Shown here one piece after another: positions 26,004 through 35,282 of a stretch of DNA of 35,861 nt. Each line of letters begins with the position of its first letter. Positions within the stretch are counted from its first letter, which is position 1. The notes under the pieces are model-generated. The model worked only from the letters and a program-made list of their open reading frames with translations. It ran no database searches and was not told the DNA's origin. Source of the DNA: Pseudonocardiaceae bacterium (GTDB lineage Bacteria; Actinomycetota; Actinomycetes; Mycobacteriales; Pseudonocardiaceae); NCBI GenBank assembly GCA_046263115.1, contig JBHELN010000112.1:1-35861 (forward strand). Reading direction: 5' to 3'. Both the position numbers and the translations under genes were made by a program.

Positions 26004-28295
26004 CTACCTGTTCAGGCGACGCCGGGAGGGCAGCGCGGTGCCTGCAACGAGGAGCAGTAACGCGGCCTCGATCAACAGCAGCGCAGTCCGGCTCACATCC
26101 GAGCGGGTCACCCGAACCTCGGCCGAGGTGCCGCGAACGGGGATCGCGACCTGGTGGCCCCATCCGCGCACCACCGATACCGAATGGCCGTCCACGCTGG
26201 CCTGCCATCCTGGTTCATCGTTGGCTGCGACCACCAGCAGCCGTCCCTCCGCACCGGAGGCGACCCGGACCGCTACCCGCGGCGGCTGGGCGGGCGCCAG
26301 TACACCGCTCACCCCTGGCTCGATGGGCGGGGCGGCCCCGGTGCGCGCCTGTGCAGCCAGCGCGGGGCCCAGCAGTTCTGCTCCCGGCACCGGCCGCACC
26401 ACTCGTAAGACCGGCCTGCCGTCCGCAGTCGGAGGCGCTGTACGGGCCAACGCTCCGGCAGCTGCGAGCGCGCGGGCGCCTTGCGCGGCGGTGGGTAGTA
26501 CCACGAATTGCACCCCGGTAGAGGCCGCGTCGGCGATCGCGGCGGACGTCTCGCCCGGCTGACCGGACCGCAGTGCTGCTGCTACTCGCTCCAGCCGGGC
26601 ACCGGTGGCACGCAGCGGCGCGATGTCATCGTCACCGAAACGGGCCGTGCGCGCTCTGGTCAGCCGCACCGGCTCGCCCGCAGCGCCGATCACCAGTACG
26701 GAGGTGTTCGCACGCGCCAACTCGGCGGTCAACGAGGGGGCAAGCACCGGCAACCCGGCAGGTGGTCCGGCGGTGAGGGGTCCGCTGGCACCCGCAACGA
26801 CGGCTACCGCCGACAACACCGCCAAGCCCACCCAGGGCATGGCCGACAGCGGCTTACCCCATCGGGCCCGCATGTGAGACCACCACGCCGGCTCTGCGGT
26901 ACCGACGGCGAGCAAGACGATCCACAGCAGTCCGCAGCCGATGAACAGCAGCGCGCCGCCGGTGAAGCCGGGCCGGGGATCACCTCCGATCAGGGGTCGC
27001 ATCGGCAGCCGCGCCAGCAGTACCAAGGCAGCGACGCCCAGCAGCACCAGTCCCAGGCCGGGCAGCATCGCCCGGGATGGCCGCACGGCCAGCGCGATCA
27101 TCGCCGCGATCACCACCACCGCGCCCACCCACGGCGCGGCGCCGGCACCCCCGGGGTCCAAGGCGAGCAGCTGCATCCAGTTCGGGAACTGCTCAGGCAC
27201 CACTGCGCCCACCCCGTGGACCAGCACGGTAGGACGTTGGAGCACCACCGCGGGCCACGGCATGAGCAATCCCAACGGCAGTAAGACAACCGCGAACAAA
27301 CCCACTGTGCGGCGCACGGTGCTCACCCGCGGGGCGGCGAACACCACGAAGCCGATCAGCATCACCGCCAGCACCAACAGGTGCAGCAACGGAGCAAACG
27401 CCCCGATCACTGCGACCCCCAACGCGGTGGCGGCAGCGGTGGGCAGCCATCCTCCGGATCGTCGGCCCGTCCCACCGCGCAGCACCGTGACAGCACCAGC
27501 CAGCACTAGCGGTAACAACAGGTACGCCAGCACGACGTCGAGCCGACCTTGTGCCAACCCGGCGATGGCCGGTGGGAGCAACGCGTATCCGGCCGCTGCC
27601 AGCGCCCGGCGCTTGCGGCTGACGGGAACCGTGCGGGTGGCCCAATAGGCGGACAGGCCGGCCAGCGGCATCGCCGCCAAGAGCAATATCGACACTGCCG
27701 CAGCGGGCGATCCCACCGGCAGCCCCAGCATCCCGATGACGGCCAGCGCGGCCGGCGGCGGAGCCGCGCTCCCACCGCCGACCGGATGCCATGAAGCCAA
27801 ATAGGATGACCAGGTTTGACCTAGGCTTTCGACCGGCAGTAGCCGACCACCTGCCAGATCCAAGGCCAAGCGGTGGCGGTTCACCAATACCGCGAGCAGG
27901 GTCATCGCCATGGTCAGCAAGGCGGGCGGAGCGAGCAGGAACCGTCGGACCCGAGCGCCGAACCCCACATCGTCCATCGGGAGGATGCTCGACGCGTTGC
28001 CGTTGGTAGCAGTCGGCGATGGTCCGGTACCGACATGTCTCGGCAGCGGCGACGGCCGCGGGCGGCTATCCGGGCCAGATTCACCGGCAGCGCCTTGCGC
28101 TGCACCGTTACGTGTTGGGCCGTCAGGTGTCAGGCCGTCAGGTATCCCACCACCGGGTGCGATAACCCCCGGCGCCGAGCTCTGCCCGGCCGGCGGGCTG
28201 GACACTGCCGGTGCCGCTACCGCGCTGGCTGTGCGCGAACTCCGCGCACGGCGGGCGTTGCCGTCACCGGTGGGCGTCCCAGCACTGCGCGACAC
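26004..28295 (-). CDS. large polytopic membrane protein of unknown function (about 12 TM, extracytoplasmic C-terminal domain, terminal TM anchor)
   Basis: 763 aa with high GC3 throughout. GTG 28295 is preceded by GGGAGGAG with 5-nt spacing. A Pro/Gly/Ser-rich N-terminal region of about 110 aa is followed by hydrophobic segments. I recognise no catalytic motif by eye. Confidence 0.8.
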   Translation of the reverse strand: MSRSAGTPTGDGNARRARSSRTASAVAAPAVSSPPAGQSSAPGVIAPGGGIPDGLTPDGPTRNGAAQGAAGESGPDSRPRPSPLPRHVGTGPSPTATNGNASSILPMDDVGFGARVRRFLLAPPALLTMAMTLLAVLVNRHRLALDLAGGRLLPVESLGQTWSSYLASWHPVGGGSAAPPPAALAVIGMLGLPVGSPAAAVSILLLAAMPLAGLSAYWATRTVPVSRKRRALAAAGYALLPPAIAGLAQGRLDVVLAYLLLPLVLAGAVTVLRGGTGRRSGGWLPTAAATALGVAVIGAFAPLLHLLVLAVMLIGFVVFAAPRVSTVRRTVGLFAVVLLPLGLLMPWPAVVLQRPTVLVHGVGAVVPEQFPNWMQLLALDPGGAGAAPWVGAVVVIAAMIALAVRPSRAMLPGLGLVLLGVAALVLLARLPMRPLIGGDPRPGFTGGALLFIGCGLLWIVLLAVGTAEPAWWSHMRARWGKPLSAMPWVGLAVLSAVAVVAGASGPLTAGPPAGLPVLAPSLTAELARANTSVLVIGAAGEPVRLTRARTARFGDDDIAPLRATGARLERVAAALRSGQPGETSAAIADAASTGVQFVVLPTAAQGARALAAAGALARTAPPTADGRPVLRVVRPVPGAELLGPALAAQARTGAAPPIEPGVSGVLAPAQPPRVAVRVASGAEGRLLVVAANDEPGWQASVDGHSVSVVRGWGHQVAIPVRGTSAEVRVTRSDVSRTALLLIEAALLLLVAGTALPSRRRLNR

Positions 28296-28352
28296 ACCGA
28301 CTCCTCCCTATCCATCCCCGTTGGTGGGGGGCACACGGTAACGTCCTCGAGC

Positions 28353-28432
28353 GACCGCCCCAGATTCCGGGCGATGCAGACTCGGGACGACACACATTCC
28401 GGACGACACAGCTTCCGGACGGCACGGCGATC
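28353..28432. repeat. Five tandem 16-bp units (GGACGACACA(C/G)(A/C)TTCC type) filling the gap after the whiB stop
   Basis: GACCGCCCCAGATTCC, GGGCGATGCAGACTCG, GGACGACACACATTCC (28385..28400), GGACGACACAGCTTCC (28401..28416), GGACGGCACGGCGATC (28417..28432). The whiB stop codon starts at 28433. Confidence 0.75.
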
Positions 28433-28732
28433 TCAGACCGCCCCGCGTTTGAGTCGGCGGCGCTCCCGCTCCGACAGACCGCCCCAGATCCCGAACCGCT
28501 CGTCAAACGCCAGTGCGTACTCCAGGCACTCAGCGCGGACCTCGCAGCTTGCACAAATGCGCTTCGCCTCCCTCGTCGACCCACCCTTCTCCGGAAAGAA
28601 CGCTTCCGGATCTGTTTGGGCGCACAACGCTCGCTCCTGCCAGTCCGGCTGATCGACCTCGTTGAGCACGCTCCAGTTGATCTGGTGCTCGACCCCCGTA
28701 GCCGCAGGCCAGCTGATGTCCATCTCATCCAT
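28433..28732 (-). CDS. whiB: WhiB-family Fe-S transcriptional regulator (WhiB / WhiB2 / WhmD orthologue type)
   Basis: 99 aa. Four Cys in ALCAQ...ICASCEVRAEC, a GIWGG turn and a basic tail RERRRLKRG. SD GAGGAGGG upstream of ATG 28732. Confidence 0.93.
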   Translation of the reverse strand: MDEMDISWPAATGVEHQINWSVLNEVDQPDWQERALCAQTDPEAFFPEKGGSTREAKRICASCEVRAECLEYALAFDERFGIWGGLSERERRRLKRGAV

Positions 28733-28884
28733 GGCGGTCCACCCTCCTCGCCATAGAGTTCCTCCCCGGTCTCGTCCTGCCGATCTGGCCTCCCCGGGCT
28801 GAGGCCGGAGAATAACAAGTCTGTGATTACACCTCTGTCATCGGGGATGCAAGGCAGCGGGGGCGGATCGAGCCGAGCACCCAG

Positions 28885-28902
28885 CGTGTCGCAATTGACA
28901 CG
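28885..28902. promoter_or_regulatory. palindrome CGTGTC-GCAATT-GACACG with an embedded TTGACA, in the whiB / M50-protease divergent region
   Basis: 6-bp arms at 28885..28890 and 28897..28902 are exact reverse complements. TTGACA lies at 28895..28900. I could not find a convincing -10 element on either strand. Confidence 0.25.
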
Positions 28903-28972
28903 CCGCGCAACGTCTTCGCAAGGTGACATACCCGGAGACCGCATCGGCCACCTGGTACGCGAGAGTGGCCCC

Positions 28973-29722
28973 GTGCGTGCCACCGGCCTGGCTCCCAGCC
29001 CGCTTTTCCTGCTACTGCTCGTCGCCACGGTGTGCGGCGGCGCGCTTGCCGCGCACGGCACCGGCACGGCCCGCACCGCCGGTATCGTGCTGCTGGTCCT
29101 TGGCGGCTGGGCGCTCGCATTGTGCCTGCATGAATTCGGGCACGCGGTGACGGCCTACCGCGGCGGCGACCTGTCGGTGCGCGCCAAGGGTTACCTCACG
29201 CTTGACTTGCGCCGTTACACCGATCCGGTGATGTCGCTGGTACTGCCACTGCTACTGCTGGCGCTGGGCGGCATCCCGTTGCCCGGCGGCGCGGTGTGGA
29301 TCGAGCGAGGAGCCCTGCGGTCCCGAGCGATCGCCTCGGCGGTGGCGCTGGCCGGTCCGCTGACCAATCTTGCGCTGGGCGTCGCACTCGCGGCGGTAGT
29401 CGCCCTTAGCGATCCGACGGAAGGCCTAGCGGCGGGCTTGTCTTGTCTGGCCCTGGTGCAGGTACTTGCGTTCATCCTCAACATCCTGCCGGTACCGGGG
29501 CTGGACGGATTCGGTGTGGTGGAACCTTATTTGCCCGCGTCAGCTCGCCGGCTGGCCGGCAACTTGGCCTGGTACGCCCCGTTGCTGTTGTTGGTACTGG
29601 TCTTCGGCGTGCCCGCAGCGGGCAATGCACTGTTCGGTGCAGGCTTTGCGGTGTTCGCCGCGCTCGGTGGCAATCCGCTGGCCGCGGCCGAGGGCTTCCG
29701 GGAATTGCTGTTCTGGCGCTGA
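28973..29722 (+). CDS. site-2 protease family (M50) membrane metalloprotease
   Basis: HEFGH zinc motif and NILPVPGLDG (NxxPxxxLDG), with several TM segments. ORF 28823..29722 trimmed to GTG 28973 just before the first TM. The start is uncertain. Confidence 0.75.
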   Translation: MRATGLAPSPLFLLLLVATVCGGALAAHGTGTARTAGIVLLVLGGWALALCLHEFGHAVTAYRGGDLSVRAKGYLTLDLRRYTDPVMSLVLPLLLLALGGIPLPGGAVWIERGALRSRAIASAVALAGPLTNLALGVALAAVVALSDPTEGLAAGLSCLALVQVLAFILNILPVPGLDGFGVVEPYLPASARRLAGNLAWYAPLLLLVLVFGVPAAGNALFGAGFAVFAALGGNPLAAAEGFRELLFWR

Positions 29723-29791
29723 TCACGCCGCAGCGGCTGATTACCATCGCAGGAAACGGGGTACAGAGGACCCACCGCGAGGACGGGGAAA

Positions 29792-30784
29792 ATGGGTCTA
29801 ACGGCTCGATTGGATCGCTTCCAGCGGCGTCATACCTGGCTGGGCTTCCCGTTGGGCGTGATCTACAAGTTCATCGACGATCAGGGTGGCTATCTTGCCG
29901 CGCTGATTACCTATTACGGTTTCGTCTCGCTGTTTCCGCTGCTGCTGTTGTTGGTGAGCGTCCTGGGCTTCACACTGGACGGCAACCCCGCTTTCCAGCA
30001 GGCACTGCTCGGCTCCGCATTGCAGCAGTTTCCGATCATCGGTCCGCAACTACAGCAGAACGTCGGCGCTATCCACGGCAGCCGGATGGGCGTGATCCTG
30101 GGCATCATCGGCGCGGTCTACGGGGGGCTGGGGGTGTCGGTGGCCGTCCAGACAGCGCTGAATCGGGTGTGGGCCGTGCCGCGCTTTGCCCGCCCTGATC
30201 CGGTGTTCTCCCGCCTACGCGGCTTGCTGCTCTTCGTCTTGCTCGGTGCCTTCCTGTTGATCACCACCGCGCTGTCCGCTGCCGGTCCGGTTGCCGCCAG
30301 CCTCGGCTACGGCGGCGCTTGGACGAGCCTTGCCGCGATCGCCATCGCGATCGCGGCCAACGTGGGCACATTTCTCGTCGCCTTCAGGGTCCTGACCGCC
30401 CACGAGATCCGGCTAGCAGATCTGATACCCGGAGCGGTCTGCGCCGGGGTGGCAGTGCACGCGTTGCAGATCGGCGGTGCGTTCTTCGTCGGGTACGAAC
30501 TGCGGGGCACCTCGCAGATCTACGGTGTCTTCGGGTTGGTGCTCGGGTTGCTGGCCTACCTGTACCTACTGTCAGTCATCGTGGTGTTCTGCGCGGAAAT
30601 CAACGTGGTGCGGGTGCGGCAGCTGTGGCCGCGGAACCTGCTCACCCCGTTCATCAACGACGTCGCGCTCACCGCCGCGGATCGAGCGTCGTACCGTTCC
30701 TACGTCGATGCAGAGCGCTTCAAACCGTTCGAGCAGGTACACACGACGTTCGACCACCAGTCCCCGGCCGAAGACAAACACTGA
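29792..30784 (+). CDS. YihY / virulence factor BrkB family membrane protein
   Basis: 330 aa. N-terminal FIDDQGGYLAALITYYGFVSLFPLLL signature and six TM segments. Confidence 0.85.
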   Translation: MGLTARLDRFQRRHTWLGFPLGVIYKFIDDQGGYLAALITYYGFVSLFPLLLLLVSVLGFTLDGNPAFQQALLGSALQQFPIIGPQLQQNVGAIHGSRMGVILGIIGAVYGGLGVSVAVQTALNRVWAVPRFARPDPVFSRLRGLLLFVLLGAFLLITTALSAAGPVAASLGYGGAWTSLAAIAIAIAANVGTFLVAFRVLTAHEIRLADLIPGAVCAGVAVHALQIGGAFFVGYELRGTSQIYGVFGLVLGLLAYLYLLSVIVVFCAEINVVRVRQLWPRNLLTPFINDVALTAADRASYRSYVDAERFKPFEQVHTTFDHQSPAEDKH

Positions 30785-30786
30785 TC

Positions 30787-31788
30787 GTGGTGAAGGTCGT
30801 GGTGCTGGCCGGCGGCGTGGGCGGCGCCCGGTTCCTGCTCGGGCTCAAGGCCGCGCTGGGCCTGCCCCCTATCGGCCCGCCGACCGGCTCGCCGACCGAC
30901 CGGGGCGGCGAGCACGACATCACCGCGGTGGTCAACACGGGGGACGACATCTGGCTGCACGGGCTACGCATCTGCCCGGATCTCGACACCTGCATGTACA
31001 CCCTCGGGGGCGGGATCGACACCCAACGTGGCTGGGGACGTGCCGGGGAGACCTGGGTGGTCAAAGCCGAGCTCGCCCAGTACGGGGCCGATCCGGACTG
31101 GTTCGGGCTCGGCGACCGGGACCTGGCCACGCACCTGGTCCGCACCCGGATGCTGCAGGAGGGCTACCCGCTGTCGGCGGTCACCGCAGCGCTGTGCACC
31201 CGCTGGCGCCCCGGCGTACGACTGTTGCCGGCCACTGACGATCGCTGCGAGACCCACGTCGTGGTCGCCGACCCGCAGGGGCCCCGGGCAATGCATTTCC
31301 AGGAGTGGTGGATCCGGCACCGCGCAGCGCTTCCGGCCAGCGAGTTCGTGTCGATCGGCGCCGATGATGCCGAGCCCGCCGCCGGCGTGCTGGAAGCGGT
31401 CGCCGAAGCGGATGCCGTGCTGCTGGCGCCGTCCAATCCGGTGGTGTCGATTGGCAGCGTGCTGGCGATCCCGGCGATCCGGCGTGCAGTGCGCAGCGCC
31501 ACCGCCCGGGTGATCGGGCTATCACCCATCATCGGCGGCCGGGCGATGCGCGGGATGGCCGAGAACTGTCTGGCCACCATCGGCGTGCCGTGCGAGGCAG
31601 GCGCGGTCGGCGCGCATTACGGCTCTCGCGTCGCCGGTGGGATCCTGGACGGATGGCTGGTCCACACCGGGGACGCGGCAACGGTGCCCGGGATGGAGGT
31701 GCGGGAGGTACCGCTGCTGATGACGGACGTCCCGGCGACCGCGGCGATGGCCGCAGCGGCCCTGAACCTGGCAGGTCTGTCGGTGTGA
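30787..31788 (+). CDS. fbiA: 2-phospho-L-lactate transferase (F420 biosynthesis)
   Basis: ORF 30319..31788 trimmed to GTG 30787, 2 nt after the yihY-like stop. [34 protein letters not shown] and [11 protein letters not shown]. Closely resembles mycobacterial FbiA. Confidence 0.93.
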   Translation: MVKVVVLAGGVGGARFLLGLKAALGLPPIGPPTGSPTDRGGEHDITAVVNTGDDIWLHGLRICPDLDTCMYTLGGGIDTQRGWGRAGETWVVKAELAQYGADPDWFGLGDRDLATHLVRTRMLQEGYPLSAVTAALCTRWRPGVRLLPATDDRCETHVVVADPQGPRAMHFQEWWIRHRAALPASEFVSIGADDAEPAAGVLEAVAEADAVLLAPSNPVVSIGSVLAIPAIRRAVRSATARVIGLSPIIGGRAMRGMAENCLATIGVPCEAGAVGAHYGSRVAGGILDGWLVHTGDAATVPGMEVREVPLLMTDVPATAAMAAAALNLAGLSV

Positions 31789-33137
31789 GGGATCACGCAG
31801 CGGCACAGGAGATCCGCATCCTGCCCGTCCGCGGGCTGCCCGAGTTCCGGCCCGGCGACGACCTGGTCGCCGCGTTGGCCGCAGCCGCACCGTGGCTGGT
31901 CGACGGCGATGTCGTGGCCGTCACCAGCAAGGTGGTGTCCAAGGTAGAGGGACGCCTGATCACGGTGCCGGCTGACCCGCCGGCCCGGGACGCGGCCCGC
32001 CGCAAGCTGGTGGCAGCAGAGGCCCAGCGGGTGCTGGCCCGCCACGGCCGCACCCTGATCACGCAGAACTGGCTGGGCGTGGTGCAAGCGGCGTCCGGAG
32101 TTGATGCGTCCAACGTGGAGCGCCACGAAGTCGCTCTGCTGCCGGTCGATCCGGATGCCAGCGCGGCGCGGCTGCGGGCCGGGGTGGCCGCGCAACTGGG
32201 CGTCGACGTCGCCGTCGTGATCACTGACACGATGGGTCGAGCCTGGCGAGTGGGGCAGACCGACGCGGCTATTGGGGCGGCCGGGTTGGGCGTGTTGCAT
32301 CGTTACGCGGGTGCGGTCGACAGGCATGGCAACGAGCTGATGATGACCGAGGTGGCCGTCGCCGATGAGATCGCCGCGGCCGCCGACCTGGTCAAGGGCA
32401 AGCTGACCGGCGTGCCGGTGGCGGTGCTACGCGGGCTGGCACGGCACGATGACGCCAGCACCGCGGCGGATCTGATCCGCCCGCTGGCCGAGGATCTGTT
32501 CAGGCTTGGCACCGAGGACGCGATCGAGCAGGGACGTGCCGCGGGCCGGGCGGATGCGGTGCTGCTGCGCCGATCGGTGCGTTCCTACCGTCCCGATCCG
32601 GTGGATCCGGAGCTGCTGCGCCGCGCGGTGGCAGTGGCTCTGCGGGCTCCGGCACCGCACCACACGCGGCCGGTGCGGTTCATCTGGCTGGCCGACCGCA
32701 ACCGGCGGAGACGGCTGCTCGACGCAATGGCGCAGGCCTGGCGGGCGGACTTGCGCGGAGACGGGATGGCCGAGGACCGCATCGAGCACCGGGTGCGACG
32801 GGGAAACCTTCTCTATGACGCACCGGAGATACTGGTACCAGTGGCGGTCCCGGACGGCGCGCACAGCTACCCCGACACGCGCCGGCAAGCCGCCGAGGAA
32901 ACGATGTTCACCGTGGCGGCGGGCGCCGCCGTGCAGGGACTGCTGGTGGCGCTGGCGGCCGAGGGCGTGGGCTCATGCTGGGTCGGCTCGACGTTGTTCT
33001 GCCCAGATCTGGTGCGCGCTGAGCTCAAGCTACCCGCGGTCTGGCGGCCGCTCGGCGCGATCGCCGTCGGTTATCCCACCGAGCCGCTAGTGCCACGCCC
33101 ACCGGGTGATCCCGATGATGGATTGGTGCTGCGATAA
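31785..33137 (+). CDS. fbiB: bifunctional F420 biosynthesis protein FbiB (gamma-glutamyl ligase plus nitroreductase-like domain)
   Basis: GTG 31785 overlaps the fbiA TGA (GTGA). N-terminal CofE domain ([25 protein letters not shown]) and a C-terminal nitroreductase-like domain ([10 protein letters not shown]). 450 aa. Confidence 0.92.
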   Translation: MRDHAAAQEIRILPVRGLPEFRPGDDLVAALAAAAPWLVDGDVVAVTSKVVSKVEGRLITVPADPPARDAARRKLVAAEAQRVLARHGRTLITQNWLGVVQAASGVDASNVERHEVALLPVDPDASAARLRAGVAAQLGVDVAVVITDTMGRAWRVGQTDAAIGAAGLGVLHRYAGAVDRHGNELMMTEVAVADEIAAAADLVKGKLTGVPVAVLRGLARHDDASTAADLIRPLAEDLFRLGTEDAIEQGRAAGRADAVLLRRSVRSYRPDPVDPELLRRAVAVALRAPAPHHTRPVRFIWLADRNRRRRLLDAMAQAWRADLRGDGMAEDRIEHRVRRGNLLYDAPEILVPVAVPDGAHSYPDTRRQAAEETMFTVAAGAAVQGLLVALAAEGVGSCWVGSTLFCPDLVRAELKLPAVWRPLGAIAVGYPTEPLVPRPPGDPDDGLVLR

Positions 33138-33146
33138 TCCACGGCG

Positions 33147-33698
33147 ATGTTCACTAGCCCAAATGCCGCCGTGCATGCCGATGCAGTGCAGACCTTGTCC
33201 GGCTGGGCACCCGACGACTCTGGGCAGCAGGCACTGCGCCAAGCCTTTCTCGGCTTGCTGGCGGCCCGCCCAGATGCCTGCGCCCGATCCTGCGTACCAG
33301 GCCATCTGACCGCTTCGGCCGTGGTGGTTTCGCACGACCGGATGCACGTGCTGCTCACCCTGCATCCCCGGGTCGGGCGTTGGGTGCAGCTGGGCGGGCA
33401 CTGTGAGGAGCGGGACGCCGGACTCGCCGCTGCCGCGCTGCGGGAGGCGACGGAGGAATCTGGTATCGGCGATCTGGAGATCGATCCGCGGCCGCTGCAT
33501 CTGGACGTGCACCCGATCACCTGCTCGCTGGGTGTGCCCACAAGACACTTCGATGTTCGCTTTTTACTCCACGCCCCACCCGGGGCAACGCCGGTAATCA
33601 GCTCAGAGTCTGTCGAGCTGGCCTGGTGGCCCACCCACTCCCTCCCACCCGACGTCGCTCCCCTGATCCCCATCATGGAGACATATCGGGCTCTTTAG
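33147..33698 (+). CDS. NUDIX hydrolase
   Basis: NUDIX box GGHCEERDAGLAAAALREATEESGI. 183 aa. Confidence 0.85.
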   Translation: MFTSPNAAVHADAVQTLSGWAPDDSGQQALRQAFLGLLAARPDACARSCVPGHLTASAVVVSHDRMHVLLTLHPRVGRWVQLGGHCEERDAGLAAAALREATEESGIGDLEIDPRPLHLDVHPITCSLGVPTRHFDVRFLLHAPPGATPVISSESVELAWWPTHSLPPDVAPLIPIMETYRAL

Positions 33699-33740
33699 GG
33701 GTCCGCTCAGCCCGTTATGGCTCCATATCGGGGAGGAATC

Positions 33741-34073
33741 ATGAGTCTCGTTCGGTCGTTGGTGTTGTTCGGCGTCGCCGCGGTTGCGGAGATCGGCGGC
33801 GCGTGGCTGGTCTGGCAGGGCTGGCGAGACAACCGCGGCCTGGCGTGGATCGCCGCGGGTGTGATCGCACTGGGGTGCTACGGCTTCATCGCGACTTTCC
33901 AGCCCGACCCGCACTTCGGCCGGATCCTGGCCGCGTACGGTGGCGTTTTCGTGGCCGGCTCGCTGGCCTGGGGCATGATCGTGGACAAGTTCCACCCCGA
34001 TCGGTGGGACTACCTGGGATCGGCTACCTGCCTGCTGGGCGCCGCCATCATCGTGTACGCGCCGCGGGCATGA
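33741..34073 (+). CDS. ynfA: YnfA family (UPF0060) small membrane protein
   Basis: ORF 33717..34073 trimmed to ATG 33741 (GGAGG 4 nt upstream). 110 aa with four TM segments. [10 protein letters not shown] and AAYGGVFV resemble E. coli YnfA. Confidence 0.8.
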   Translation: MSLVRSLVLFGVAAVAEIGGAWLVWQGWRDNRGLAWIAAGVIALGCYGFIATFQPDPHFGRILAAYGGVFVAGSLAWGMIVDKFHPDRWDYLGSATCLLGAAIIVYAPRA

Positions 34074-34086
34074 ATCCCATGCCGGA

Positions 34087-35142
34087 TCACTTCGGCGCGT
34101 CGGGCACCGCCTCGACGAGGCTGACCATGCCGGCGCTCGGCACAATGCGGGTCAGGCGAAGCCCCACCCGGCCGAGCAAGGAGTGGTACTCCGCTTTGGT
34201 GCGCTGGCGGCCACCAGCAGTCATCACCAGCATCTCCAGATCTGCGAGCTTGCCCATCGACGGCTCCCGGCCTTCCGGCAGCACGATCTCCGCGAGCAGC
34301 ACGCACGCAGAATCGCCCATCACGGCACGACAGCGGCCCAGGATCTGCGCGGCGCGGTCGTCGTCCCAGTCATGGATGACGTTGCTCAACAGATAAGCAT
34401 CGCCACCTTCCGGTACTGATTCGAAGAAGTCCCCGCTCACCACCTTGCAACGGTCGACGACCTCCGCACCCGACAGTTGGTCACCGGCCTCGGCCACCAA
34501 CGTCGCGGCATCGAAGAGCACTCCTTGAAGATGCGGGTTGGCGGACAGGATGGCGGCGAGCAGACCGCCGCGCCCGCCGCCGACGTCCACAATGGTGCGG
34601 AATCGGTTGAAGTCGTACGCCTTGACGATGCTGGCCGTCTCGGTGGTGGAGATCGAGGTCATGGCCGCATCGAAGATCGCGGCGTCTTCGGGATGCTCGG
34701 CCAGATACTCGAAGACCTCCTTGCCGTGAACCCGGTCAAACGCCGACTCCCCGGTGCGGACGGTCTCGTACAAGTCGGTCCACGGGTAACGGTGAAACGG
34801 CATCCCGACCATCGTCGCCCAGCCACGCAGCGAACCGGGTACCTCGCTGCGCAGCAGCTCTCCGACCGGGGTCAGCGCGAATTGCCGATTCTCCAGCTCG
34901 GCGACGACTTCGACATCACCGAGCGCACGCAGCACCCGGTACAACGCCGGGCCGTGCGCACCGACAAGGTTGGCGATCTCGTCCACCTGCCGCGGTCCGG
35001 ATGCCAGCGTGTCCGCAACGCCGAGCCGGGCTATCACGCTGATTGCTTGGGACACCAGCGCACCGAAGGTCAACTGGCGCATCGTGACCGCGGGTGGCTC
35101 CGCTGCGGCGGGGATTGGGGCCGATGTCTCGCCAACCGCCAT
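34087..35142 (-). CDS. class I SAM-dependent O-methyltransferase (Methyltransf_2 / ASMT-COMT-like with N-terminal dimerisation domain)
   Basis: 351 aa. wHTH-like dimerisation N-terminus, SAM motif [10 protein letters not shown] and the downstream [10 protein letters not shown] motif. Confidence 0.85.
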   Translation of the reverse strand: MAVGETSAPIPAAAEPPAVTMRQLTFGALVSQAISVIARLGVADTLASGPRQVDEIANLVGAHGPALYRVLRALGDVEVVAELENRQFALTPVGELLRSEVPGSLRGWATMVGMPFHRYPWTDLYETVRTGESAFDRVHGKEVFEYLAEHPEDAAIFDAAMTSISTTETASIVKAYDFNRFRTIVDVGGGRGGLLAAILSANPHLQGVLFDAATLVAEAGDQLSGAEVVDRCKVVSGDFFESVPEGGDAYLLSNVIHDWDDDRAAQILGRCRAVMGDSACVLLAEIVLPEGREPSMGKLADLEMLVMTAGGRQRTKAEYHSLLGRVGLRLTRIVPSAGMVSLVEAVPDAPK

Positions 35143-35282
35143 TCTGACCCCATCTCGACTGCACCGATGCTTGCCGGATGTTCACGGGAGTGACCGGGTC
35201 TCACGGTAGTGGCGGGATGAGCTAGCCGAAAGTGTCAGAGGCACATGCTTGGCTGAGCCCGCAACCAACCAAGGAGGTTCTC

